Assembly (NCBI GenBank): GCA_965203325.1
Contig: OZ241875.1
Location: 1,856,001 to 1,920,000, forward strand
Direction of reading: 5' to 3'
DNA: 64,000 bases
From: a bacterium
GTDB lineage: Bacteria; UBA8248
Part shown: positions 1-9,193 of the stretch, one piece after another
Position numbering within the stretch: the stretch's first letter is position 1
Layout: each line of letters starts with the position of its first letter
Position numbers and translations under genes: made by a program
Notes under the pieces: model-generated
Seen by the model: only the letters and a program-made list of their open reading frames with translations
What the model was told of the DNA's origin: nothing
Databases searched by the model: none

Positions 1-789
1 GAATAAGACTGCCGGTGTTCTCTTTGCGTCGAAATCAAAAATATCCGCAAGCCTCAATATCACAGCAACCAGTTGCAAATTAGCATATATACCGTCCCCA
101 CAAAGATAGCTTCTGTCGAGTTCCAAGAGTGAGAGAGCGTCATTATTGTGACTGAAGCAAATTTCTGCGAACTCGACAGTTAAATCGACATCTCTATACC
201 TTATTTTTTCAAACCAATGTTTTTCAATAATGTCCCTTGCTCGTTCGGCATGTGTAGCTCGAATGTAATCGGAAACAATGTAATTTTTCAGCAAATCCGC
301 TTCGCTATTTTTCCCCTGCGCGATGTACGATTCAATCTGCGAGTTAAGCTCCGGCTTTGACAAATAGAATCTTTGAAATTTACTGAATTCATCGTTTTCT
401 TCATCTGATAACGATGGAGATATGTCCCAAACCTTTCTCCATGAAGTTACATCCTTTTCTTCAGCCGCCATTCCAATATCATGAAAAAATGCACTAAGTA
501 TCAACAACATCAATTCCGGGACTGAGAGTTCTTTAATTTTGCCCGGAGAAAGTAGCTTCTCCATTAACTTTAAAACACGGAATAGGTGGTCGCCATCATG
601 GAGAGTAAATTCTCCCATGTGCATTAGAATCGTCTTGGTTTTCTGGTATGCAAAAAACGTTGCTTTATCAACGAGAGATAAGACCTGACTGCCAGGAGAA
701 TTGCCCTCACATTTTTCCCTTAATGCGCAGTAAATAGCACTCTTGGGTAATCGCTCTTGTGTTTCCGCTTTCCAGTCATCGCAGCTCAT
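1..789 (-). CDS. HD-CE-type HD phosphohydrolase domain protein, N-terminal part (family usually fused to an Hsp90-like ATPase); runs off the window edge
   Basis: Not in the ORF track; translated by hand from ATG 789: MSCDDWKAET...EFTLHDGDHLFRV...LSAFFHDIGM...RATHAERA...LRLADIFDFDAKRTP, open to base 1; AT-rich; GAGG RBS. Confidence 0.75.
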   Translation of the reverse strand, partial: MSCDDWKAETQERLPKSAIYCALREKCEGNSPGSQVLSLVDKATFFAYQKTKTILMHMGEFTLHDGDHLFRVLKLMEKLLSPGKIKELSVPELMLLILSAFFHDIGMAAEEKDVTSWRKVWDISPSLSDEENDEFSKFQRFYLSKPELNSQIESYIAQGKNSEADLLKNYIVSDYIRATHAERARDIIEKHWFEKIRYRDVDLTVEFAEICFSHNNDALSLLELDRSYLCGDGIYANLQLVAVILRLADIFDFDAKRTPAVLF

Positions 790-930
790 GATGCCTCATT
801 TCCTCCTTTATGTACCTAATTGTAATTGCACATTGTTTTTGTTCGCCGAGCAAACACCGATATGTAAACATGGCGTCGGGTGGAGCCCCTCATTTTTGGT
901 AAATCAGAGTAGCACAGGCGGCGGCTGGGG

Positions 931-1600
931 GTGACACTTTTCGGACAGGACGTAGCCCCGACTGGAGAACAGTGCCACCACCAGTCAAAGAATCCCTTGA
1001 GGATCCGGTGCGCGGGTACGCTATCTGTGTGCAGACGTATGATGCCCCTTTGGCGTCCTGCGTCGGCGCGACCTAGTTATTGGGATGAGGTGATGAGCCG
1101 CCACCTTCCTGCCCCAAATACGGCTCAACGCTATGCAGGTGGCGTCTTCACTATGCAGGGCGACGACTCCGACATGTTGGCGGAGTGGGATAAGGCTGAC
1201 TGGCCGCTGCAGGAAGCAGATGTGGTGACATTGTTCACCGCTGATTTCCACTGTTTATGGCACCGATAACTGACTGGTGATGTCGACGGAGTGGAAGACC
1301 ATCCATATCATTCCGTACACTTCTTTATCCATAACCCCGCGCTGAAGATCCGGTCGAAGTAAGGAGACGGGCGAGGGGCGCCGCTCCGGAAAGGTGGGTC
1401 GGGCGAGAATCGAACTCGCGCAAATAAATTTGCAGATTCGGGTGACTGTCCGCTTAGCTATCGACCACAGTGCTTTTCGCATTTTGAACAGCATCCTGCT
1501 CAGCCTTAGGTCTAGATACGGAGTCTGGGATATGGGGTGGCTCGTGAAGTTCATTGAGGAGCGGGACGCGGTTGATGAGGTACCTTATGGCATTGTTCCT
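931..1600 (+). pseudogene. possible fragmented gene remnant, unknown product
   Basis: Short consecutive plus-strand ORF pieces (931-1269, continuation past TAA to ~1362, 1394-1621) with no recognisable family. Confidence 0.2.
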
Positions 1601-1602
1601 AC

Positions 1603-2442
1603 TCAACCTGACCAATCGTAGCGAAGGCGACGCAAAAAAGTTCGAGCGGTCACGAGAGCAACGTGCAGGCGGAAAGTGCTGTGCTCTTCGTCAGATAGCC
1701 CAGGATGTGGCCCCTCTTTGTGAAGCATCTTAAAAAGGCCGTTGATGTAGTTTTTTCCGTCACTCGTCCATTCATTTCGTGCGGATGATAGAAAATCGAG
1801 CTTTTCCAATAGAGCTCGACGGGATTCGGAAGTCTGGCGTTTTTGTGCTTCTTCCGGGCTAATCGAATGTGCGATTCCATCGAACAGGCTCTCAATAAAT
1901 GTCCGAATCTGGCTGTTGGCCGCTGCCCAATCGCCACGAGTATGGGCCTTGACCGCTTGATCCAGATGTCCCAACGGGATGGTAAAATTCTCTTCTTTGA
2001 GAAGTTTTCGTATTTCATCGTCCGCTTCGGGTAATTCCAACTCGGAATCAGCCGGTAGCGCGGACAATAATATCGGACGATCTTCGTCTTGAGCGAAAGA
2101 AATCACGTAACCGTCACGAGCAAGACCGCGCTTAAAGTCTGTCCTTAAATTTTTATGATAATGAGCAAGCGGTGGTCTCATAAATGTGAGTGCCTCTCGG
2201 ACAACTGCTTCACCAAGTGTCATGGAACCGTCAAATGTTTCGATGCTAAAGTTCGGGTTGTTTACAAGAATTCTAGCTAAAAGAGCACATTTCTTTTTGA
2301 CGCTGACTTTAGTGCTTTCGGTGATGTGATTCTCAAGGTTCAATCGTATAATCATTTGATCAAAATCGGCTTGGGTATGCCCTTCCAAGAGCTCGGTAGC
2401 CGCAACTAAAGTTGGTCTCGTAAATTTCATTTCATACCCCAT
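1603..2442 (-). CDS. hypothetical protein, Abi-C/HEPN-like C-terminal helical domain (putative defence)
   Basis: 279 aa AT-rich ORF; C-terminal 'GHLDQA..AH..GDWAAANSQIRTFIESL...LHKEGPHPG' resembles abortive-infection C-terminal domains. Confidence 0.5.
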   Translation of the reverse strand: MGYEMKFTRPTLVAATELLEGHTQADFDQMIIRLNLENHITESTKVSVKKKCALLARILVNNPNFSIETFDGSMTLGEAVVREALTFMRPPLAHYHKNLRTDFKRGLARDGYVISFAQDEDRPILLSALPADSELELPEADDEIRKLLKEENFTIPLGHLDQAVKAHTRGDWAAANSQIRTFIESLFDGIAHSISPEEAQKRQTSESRRALLEKLDFLSSARNEWTSDGKNYINGLFKMLHKEGPHPGLSDEEHSTFRLHVALVTARTFLRRLRYDWSG

Positions 2443-2706
2443 AAAATATTTCTATAGGTATCAGTCTTTCTTTCTCCAATCCCCGCTTTCCCCCTCAACT
2501 CCCTCATTCTGTTAAGTAGCGGCGTATTTACAAAAAGACGAGCATCTTTCATGCGTAAATGTTGCAATATATAATCTTTTTCACTGGCAACATATTCAGT
2601 TACAATCCCAATTCCAAGTCTGCAGCCTTTACGCGCTCATACACCATAAATCCACGGTCCTTCTGCCTTGAAGCAGGTACGTCCAGTTCCTTCTTGTCGC
2701 CAGTCT

Positions 2707-3876
2707 CTACCCTTCGTCCAGTAAGTCGGTCGCGATGCTCTGCGCTATCCGCTCCGCGGCCTCGCGCACCGTATCGCGCGCGAGATGCGCGTAGCGCGCC
2801 GTGGTCTGTATGTGGGAGTGGCCGAGCAGCTTCGCGATGACGGAAAGTCCTTCTCCCAGCGCCAGCGCTCTCGAGGCGTAGGAGTGACGCAGGTCGTGGA
2901 TCCGCACGTCGTCGAGCCCCGCCCGCACGAGGACCTTTCGCCAGACGTGATCGAGCCCGCTCAGGCGCGCGCCCGGCTTCCTGCCGGGGAAGACCCAGGG
3001 ATTTCCGGGAAGACGCGGAAGAGCGGCCAGGAGTCCGGCCGCTGCCGGCGGAAGCGAGACCACGCGCGCGCCCGTCTTGGAGTCCGCTAGCCTCAGTTCC
3101 GATTCCCCGAGCGCCACGTCCTCCCAGCGCAGCCCGAGGACCTCCGACTTCCGGCACCCGGTCAGCATCAGGAGCCTGATGGCGGCCACGGCATAGGCGG
3201 ACGCGCCGCCCTCCGTCTCCAGCGCGTCGAGTGCCAATCCCAGGCGTTCGAACTCCGCCTCAGTGAGGAACCGCTCCCGCCTGCGAAGGGGGTATTTCAC
3301 GACCCCGCGGCACGGGTTCGTTCCTTCGGGCAAAAGCCCCCAGTCGCCTGCCGCCTCGAACATCGAGGAGAGTACCCGCAGCGCCGCGTTCGCCGCCGCC
3401 GGCGTCTCGTGGAGCCCCCGGTGGAGCGCCGCCACCTGCGCCCTCTCGAGCGATGCGAGCGGAATCTTCCCCAGGGCGGGCAATACGTGCGCCCGCAGCG
3501 CCGCCCGGACCGCGTCGGCCGTGCGCGGCTTGCACCTCACCTCGACGTGTTCCGCCATGTAGCGCCCGGCGAGTTCGGCCACGGTGGGGCCGCCGGCGGA
3601 TCTCACGGGCGCGGCCTCCCCGCCCGCCTTGATCTGAGCGATGAGGAGCGCCGCGCGTCTTCTCGCCTCCTCGGAATGGATCACGCCGTGGCGGCCTACC
3701 GTCACCCGTCTCGGGCCCTCGGGCCCCCGCGCCTGCGCGATGTACACCTTGCTCCCCGTGGGGTAGACACGGACGCCGAAGCCGGTGAGCTCCTTGTCCC
3801 AGAACACCGTGTCCTTGTGGACCTCGAGTTTCCCCACCATCCGGTTCGAAAGCGTTTTCATGGCGGGCTTCGTCAT
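2707..3876 (-). CDS. tyrosine recombinase/integrase with N-terminal arm-DNA-binding (DUF4102-like) domain
   Basis: FWDKELTGFGVRV arm domain; catalytic TGCRKSE, KTG, HDLRH, LGH, RYAH; ATG 3876 overlaps the upstream integrase stop (ATGA). Confidence 0.93.
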   Translation of the reverse strand: MTKPAMKTLSNRMVGKLEVHKDTVFWDKELTGFGVRVYPTGSKVYIAQARGPEGPRRVTVGRHGVIHSEEARRRAALLIAQIKAGGEAAPVRSAGGPTVAELAGRYMAEHVEVRCKPRTADAVRAALRAHVLPALGKIPLASLERAQVAALHRGLHETPAAANAALRVLSSMFEAAGDWGLLPEGTNPCRGVVKYPLRRRERFLTEAEFERLGLALDALETEGGASAYAVAAIRLLMLTGCRKSEVLGLRWEDVALGESELRLADSKTGARVVSLPPAAAGLLAALPRLPGNPWVFPGRKPGARLSGLDHVWRKVLVRAGLDDVRIHDLRHSYASRALALGEGLSVIAKLLGHSHIQTTARYAHLARDTVREAAERIAQSIATDLLDEG

Positions 3877-5045
3877 CGCTCCATCCTCCCGTTCGTGACG
3901 TGAGCGCCGATGCTCTCGCCCACCCGGGCGGCCGCCGCCCGCTCGGCGTCCCGCATCAGGTGCGCGTAGCGCGCCGTCGTCGCCACCTCGCCGTGTCCGA
4001 GCAGCGCCCCGATCACCGGGAGGTTCTCGCCCAGCGCGAGCGCCCGGCTCGCATACGAATGACGCAAGTCGTGAAGCCGCACGTCCCCGAGTCCCGCCCG
4101 CGCCCGGAGGGGCTTCCAGTAGTGATAGAGGTTCGTGAGCCTGCCCCCTCCCCGCTGGGCGCGGAACACCCAGGGATTCCCGGACGCGCGCGGAACCCCC
4201 TCCAGCACTTCGAGCACAGGCCCCGTCAGCGGAACCATCCGCGGTCCCGTCTTCGTGTCTCTCAATCTCAGTTCCCCCGCCGCTCGGTCCACGTCGTCCC
4301 ACCTGAGACTCAGCACCTCGTCCCGCCGGCATCCCGTCAGGAGGAGAATCCTGATCGCCGCCACCGCAGGCGGCCACGACGTATCGTCTTCCCGCAACAC
4401 ACGGCCCAGGCGGCGGTATTCCGCAGGCGTCAGGAACCGCTCCCGCTTGCGCGTCCTGTAGCGGCGGAGCCTCCGGCACGGGTTCCGGCCGGGCGGCATC
4501 AGTTCCCACGCCTCGGCCAGCGCGAACATCCGCTTGAGCACGTCTATCGCGGCGTTCGCCGTCCCCGGCGTCGCGCGCAGGGCGTGCTGGAGCGCCGCGG
4601 CCTCCGCCTTGCCCACGTCATCGAGGTTCATCGAACCCAGCGCCGGCAGGATATGGTTGTCGAGCACGGAGCGGTACTTCGGCGCCGTGGACGGCTTGCA
4701 GCGGCTCGCGACGTACTCGCGCATGAAGCGTCCGGCCAGGTCCGCCACCGTGAGCGCGGGTTTAGCCTCACCGGACAGGGGCTCCTCGCCCCGCCTGATC
4801 CGGTCGATGACGGGCGCTGCGCGTTTCCTGGCTTCATCGCACGAGAGCGCCCCGTGGCGCCCGAGCGTCACGCGCACAGGCCCCCTGGGGCCTCTCGACT
4901 GCACCACGTAGGCCTTACGCCCCGTTGCGTGCACCCGCACCCCGAAGCCCGCCAGGTCCCGGTCCCAGAACACGACGTCCTTCTCCCTGACCGCGAGGGC
5001 GTCGACCGCGCGCTTGGTGAGCTTGAACTCGCTTCTTCTCGGCAT
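3873..5045 (-). CDS. tyrosine recombinase/integrase with N-terminal arm-DNA-binding (DUF4102-like) domain
   Basis: FWDRDLAGFGVRV; TGCRRDE, KTG, HDLRH, LGH, RYAH; GGAGG RBS before ATG 5045. Confidence 0.93.
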   Translation of the reverse strand: MPRRSEFKLTKRAVDALAVREKDVVFWDRDLAGFGVRVHATGRKAYVVQSRGPRGPVRVTLGRHGALSCDEARKRAAPVIDRIRRGEEPLSGEAKPALTVADLAGRFMREYVASRCKPSTAPKYRSVLDNHILPALGSMNLDDVGKAEAAALQHALRATPGTANAAIDVLKRMFALAEAWELMPPGRNPCRRLRRYRTRKRERFLTPAEYRRLGRVLREDDTSWPPAVAAIRILLLTGCRRDEVLSLRWDDVDRAAGELRLRDTKTGPRMVPLTGPVLEVLEGVPRASGNPWVFRAQRGGGRLTNLYHYWKPLRARAGLGDVRLHDLRHSYASRALALGENLPVIGALLGHGEVATTARYAHLMRDAERAAAARVGESIGAHVTNGRMER

Positions 5046-5239
5046 GGTTCCTCCAGGAAATATGTAATCAAACCGCATACGAGCGGCGTCAAACGAGAGC
5101 GTATTCAAGCATAAATTTGACGAAAACGCAAGAGGGAAAATTCGAAAGTTATGTTATTTAATCAAGTATTATCAGTTAGTTGCATCATCCAGGCGTAGCC
5201 AGTCGAACGATTGACATACCGGTCGATTTGAATTATATG

Positions 5240-5382
5240 TTTGTTCGTCATTCCGGCGAAAGCCGGAATCCATTTGCGGGTGCGAGTGAATACGCGGCGG
5301 CGTTTCATTCCCCGCCGATGCGCAGGAATCCGGGTGAAAGGCAAAAGGCGTAAAAATGGATTCCGGCTTTCGCCGGAATGAC
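5240..5382. repeat. inverted pair of REP-like palindromes GTCATTCCGGCGAAAGCCGGAATCCA (BIME-like), with a degenerate middle copy
   Basis: 5247-5272 and reverse complement at 5357-5382; same unit recurs at 60391-60538. Confidence 0.85.
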
Positions 5383-5403
5383 GACGATCCCGGAATTACA
5401 AAG

Positions 5404-5419
5404 CTTTTTCAACAGCCCC
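5404..5419. mobile_element. isolated IS1182-type terminal inverted repeat
   Basis: CTTTTTCAACAGCCCC matches the right end of the IS at 8482-8497 (15/16). Confidence 0.55.
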
Positions 5420-5480
5420 TGTTCAGGCGGATTTCGGACCTCTATTTGTATTTGCTGTTATCCCGTCTATAGTGGCCTCT

Positions 5481-5574
5481 TTATCCTTGTAAAATGAAAG
5501 TTTAATTTTTGATTTACTAGGATATTAAATAATTATCCTTGCAAATCAAAAGAAAATATTTTAATTTACAAGAA
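5481..5574 (+). promoter_or_regulatory. two tandem imperfect palindromes (putative operators) upstream of the AAA gene
   Basis: TTATCCTTGTAAAAT...ATTTACTAGG and TTATCCTTGCAAAT...ATTTACAAG, 52-bp period, AT-rich. Confidence 0.5.
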
Positions 5575-6752
5575 TGATATATCGACGCTCATACCAAAAC
5601 GTGCTGAACGCGCTCGACCGCCAGGCCGCCGTGGTCCTGCTCGGCGCCCGCCAGGTCGGCAAGACGACGCTGGCCCACGAGGTCGCAGAGGGATCGGAGG
5701 CGATCTATCTCGACCTGGAGTCCCACGCGGACCGCGTCAAGCTCGCCGACCCCGTGCTCTATCTCGGCGAGTACGAGGACCGCCTCGTCATTCTGGACGA
5801 GATTCACCGCGTCCCGGAGTTGTTTCAGGAGTTGCGCGGACTGATCGACCGGGGCCGCAGGCGGGGCAGGCGGACGGGCCGTTTCCTGATACTGGGATCG
5901 GCGTCGCTGGACATGATCCGTCAGTCGGGGGAGAGCCTCGCCGGGCGAATCGAATACGTCGACCTGAACCCGCTCGACGTGGCCGAGGCCGCGCCCGACG
6001 CGCGGGCCATGACGACGCTGTGGGTGCGCGGGGGCTTCCCGGACAGCTTTCTGGCCGAGGACGACGCCGACAGCATGACCTTCCGGCGCAACTTCATCCG
6101 CTCCTATCTGGAGCGCGACGTGGCGCAGTTCGGCCGGCGCATCCCGGCGGAGACGCTGGAGCGGCTCTGGACCATGCTGGCCCACAACCAGGGCGGTCCG
6201 CTCAACGCCTCGAAGCCGGCCGCGGGCCTTGCGCTCAGCGCGCCGACGGTGAGCGGCTATATCGATCTGCTGGTCGACCTGCTTCTCGTGCGCCGCCTGC
6301 GCCCGTTCCACGCGAACGTGAAAAAGCGCCTGGTGAAATCCCCCAAGGTCTACGTGCGCGACAGCGGCCTCCTCCACGCCCTGCTGGGCCTTGCGGACCA
6401 CGACGCCCTCGCGGGCCACCCGGTCGTCGGCGCGAGTTGGGAGGGGTTCGTCATCGAGAACCTGCTCGCCGTCGCTCCGCCGCGCACCATGGCGAGTTTC
6501 TACCGCACGCAGGCGGGTGCGGAGATCGACTTGCTGCTGGAAATCCCGGGGAAACGGGGCCCTTGGGCGATCGAGATCAAGCGCGGGCTCTCCGCAAGGC
6601 TCGGCAAGGGCTTTCATCACGCGCGCGAGGACGTACGGCCCGAGCGCGCCTTCGTCGTCCATCCGGGCGAGGAGCGCTACCCCGTCTCGAAGGAAGTGGA
6701 GGCGATCGGCCTGCGGGAGATGGTTTCTATCATCTTGCGCGGGGAGGAGTAG
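5574..6752 (+). CDS. AAA_14 ATPase with DUF4143 domain and C-terminal PD-(D/E)xK-like motif
   Basis: Walker A GARQVGKT, Walker B ILDEIH, GSAS, LAGR, GGFP, KSPKVYVRDSG, EIDL...IEIK. Confidence 0.92.
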   Translation: MIYRRSYQNVLNALDRQAAVVLLGARQVGKTTLAHEVAEGSEAIYLDLESHADRVKLADPVLYLGEYEDRLVILDEIHRVPELFQELRGLIDRGRRRGRRTGRFLILGSASLDMIRQSGESLAGRIEYVDLNPLDVAEAAPDARAMTTLWVRGGFPDSFLAEDDADSMTFRRNFIRSYLERDVAQFGRRIPAETLERLWTMLAHNQGGPLNASKPAAGLALSAPTVSGYIDLLVDLLLVRRLRPFHANVKKRLVKSPKVYVRDSGLLHALLGLADHDALAGHPVVGASWEGFVIENLLAVAPPRTMASFYRTQAGAEIDLLLEIPGKRGPWAIEIKRGLSARLGKGFHHAREDVRPERAFVVHPGEERYPVSKEVEAIGLREMVSIILRGEE

Positions 6753-6984
6753 GTGGAAAAACCCTTCTCCGCCTCATCCTGAGTAGCGGCGGAGCCGCGT
6801 ATCGAAGGTCAAACGCGATTGATGAGGGCTTGTTGAAAAACCCCCTGAGAGGGTAATGGCAACCCCCTTGAAAGGGAAATCCCATAACGTCAACCCCCCC
6901 TACCCCCCCTTGTCAGGGGGGCAAGAAAAACAAACCCCCCGCTACCGGCGGTGGGCGTCGCCTTTTTTTACCCCCCTGACAAAA

Positions 6985-8497
6985 GGGGCTGTTGAAAAAC
7001 CCCTGGTTTTGTGATCGTATGGATGTATCCCCCCTCGCCCGAGATGGGAGATTCCTCGATGTTAGACCGCAAGAGGCGCGGGCAGATGGACTTGTTCGTG
7101 GCCGGCCCGCTGGAGAAGTTGATTCCCTAAGATCACATATTGCGCCAGGTGGACCGCGTACTGGATTTGAGCTGGCTTCGCGAGGAAGTGGCGGAGTGCT
7201 ATTGCGCGGACAACGGTCGTCCGGGTCTGGACCCCGAGGTGGTGGTTCGGTTGATGCTGGCGGGCCTGCTGCTGGGCTACGCGCAGGACCGGCGTCTGCT
7301 TCGCGAGGCGCAGGCGCATCTGGCGGTCCGGTGGTTCATCGGGTACAGGCTGGACGAGGAGTTGCCGGATCATTCGAGCCTGACGCGTATCCGTCAACGC
7401 TGGGGGGAGGAGCGGTTCAAGGAGATATTTCGGCGCACGGTTCAGTCTTGCGTGGAGGCGAAGGTGGCGAAGGGAGAAGTGGTTCACATGGACGCGTCTT
7501 TGATACGCGCGGACGTGAGTTGGGAGAGCCTGGCGGAACGCCACGCGGAGAAGGTGGTGCGGGAGAACGACTCGGAGGATGAAGCGGGGAAGAAGGGCGG
7601 CGGCGGTTCGGGGCCTGTGAGCCGAACGGACCCCGACGCGCGCCTGGCGCGCAAGAGCGCTCGGGCGGGTTTCGAGCCGAGCTACAAGCACCACGCGGTG
7701 GTGGACGATGAGCGGGGGGTTGTCCTCGACGTTGCGGTGACGGAGGGGACGTTGAACGAGCGGGAGATGATGGAGCCGCAGCTGGATGCGGTTTGCGAGC
7801 TCACGGGGCGTGACCCCGCGGTGGTGACGGCGGATAGTGGCTATGCGTACTCGAAGGTGTATGCGGCATTGGAGCGTCGGGGCGTCGCCGCGCTGATACC
7901 GGCGAAGAAGGAGCCTTCCCAGAGCCGTGTTCCGCTGCAGTTGTTCCGCTACGACGAGCGGAATGAGGTGGTGAAGTGTCCAGGGGGCAAGACGCTGCGC
8001 CCCCGGAAGGAGACGGAGCGGGGGCGCTGGTATGTATCTAAGACGCGCGATTGCGCGGGCTGCACGCTCAAGGCCGATTGCCTGTCGGCGTCTCGCACGA
8101 GCAGGACGGTGCTGGTTCCGCATGAATACCCGGCGCTGTTGCGCGCGCGCCGCCGCCACGCGCGCCGGGGGGAGGAGGAGGGTCGGCTGTGGCGGCGCCA
8201 CATGGGTCGCTCGGAGGGCTATCACGGCGAGGCGAAGAGTCGGCACGGACTGGCGCGGGCGGTGCGCCGGGGTCTTGCGAACATGAGGATCCAGGCCTAC
8301 CTGACGGCGACTGCGGTGAACCTCAAGCGGCTGGCCGCCGCTTTTGCGGCGGGTATATTCGCTCTGTGGAGGGCCTAGGCCGCCCGGAGACGCCGAATGA
8401 GCGCATATCGCGGCCTCACGCACCGATTGGGCTTCCTCTCCCAGGCCGCGTGAGCCGCCATACATCCCGCTTCAAAACGGGGTTTTTCAACAGCCCC
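6985..8497 (+). mobile_element. IS1182-family insertion sequence
   Basis: 19-bp perfect TIR GGGGCTGTTGAAAAACCCC (6985-7003) / GGGGTTTTTCAACAGCCCC (8479-8497); GACAA on both sides (6978-6982, 8498-8502). Confidence 0.9.
7059..8378 (+). pseudogene. IS1182-family DDE transposase with in-frame TAA at codon 24
   Basis: ATG 7059 MLDRKRRGQMDLFVAGPLEKLIP*DHILRQVD...; TAA at 7128-7130; GRPGLDP, LPDHSSL, MDAS, TDPDA, ADSGY, EGYHGEAK motifs. Confidence 0.88.
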
Positions 8498-8620
8498 GAC
8501 AAGGGGGGTTGGGGGGGTTGCTTTCAAAGAGGGCGGTCGGGGGTTCGCGCGAAAGCGACCTTCCCGCTAAAGGCAATGTCCCCCGACGAGGGCTTTTTCA
8601 ACAACCTCAATGCGCGCGTC

Positions 8621-8983
8621 TCAAAGAAACTGCGCGTCCTCGATGATCGCCTCATCGAAGTTCACGCCCTCGACCTCGGCGCCGACGAGGTCCGCCTCCC
8701 GGAAACTCGCGCCTGCGACATCGGCATCATTCAAGAGAGCGTCTCGGAGAACGGCGCCCTCCAGATCGGCGTTTCGCAGATCCGCCTCGCGCATGTCCGC
8801 GCCCGAGAGGTCGGCGCCGCCCAGGTTCGCGCGCACCAGGCTCGCCCCTCTCAGATTGGCGTCCGTGAGGTCGCATCCGCTCAGGTCCGCCCAGGAGAGG
8901 TCTTCTCCTTCCATCGAGACGGGCTCGCCCTTCTGCGCTGCTTCTTCGATCAGTTGCTCCAGCTTCTCTCGCGGCATGTTCAT
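8621..8983 (-). CDS. pentapeptide repeat protein
   Basis: A(D/N)LxG repeats: ADLSGCDLTDANLRGASLVRANLGGADLSGADMREADLRNADLEGA. Confidence 0.9.
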   Translation of the reverse strand: MNMPREKLEQLIEEAAQKGEPVSMEGEDLSWADLSGCDLTDANLRGASLVRANLGGADLSGADMREADLRNADLEGAVLRDALLNDADVAGASFREADLVGAEVEGVNFDEAIIEDAQFL

Positions 8984-9193
8984 GACGGGAAAATCATAAA
9001 TCACATCGGCGAACTTGCAAGGACGGATTGACAAGATTCCGGCGCGAAGCCTACAAAGAGACCCACGTGCGGACACTTTGGAGATGCGCAAGCGCCACTC
9101 TTCGAAGAATTTTCATACTGAAAATGCGGTCTGAAACGGCAAAATACGGGCGGGGAAACGCGCTTCGTCGGTGAAAATCGAGGGGAGAATTCC

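Larger units (their letters stand above)
6824..8608. mobile_element. MITE-like non-autonomous element with IS1182-like ends, interrupted by the IS1182 copy
   Basis: Left GAGGGCTTGTTGAAAAACCCC, right GGGCTTTTTCAACAACCTC; internal inverted CCCCCCTTGTCAGGGGGG / CCCCCCTGACAA|GGGGGG. Confidence 0.6.

Noticed and set aside
2600..2706. Short AT-richer reading frame (ETGDKKELDV...LELGL*) after the integrase stop as a disrupted gene tail
   Set aside because: Too short to assign; no recognisable family
2707..4509. 600-aa ORF as one long integrase
   Set aside because: The N-terminal ~210 aa are an alternative frame of the upstream integrase; the real start is 3876
5240..5382. Palindromic repeats as a CRISPR array
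   Set aside because: Copies are inverted, only 2-3, irregularly spaced and without cas genes; REP-like
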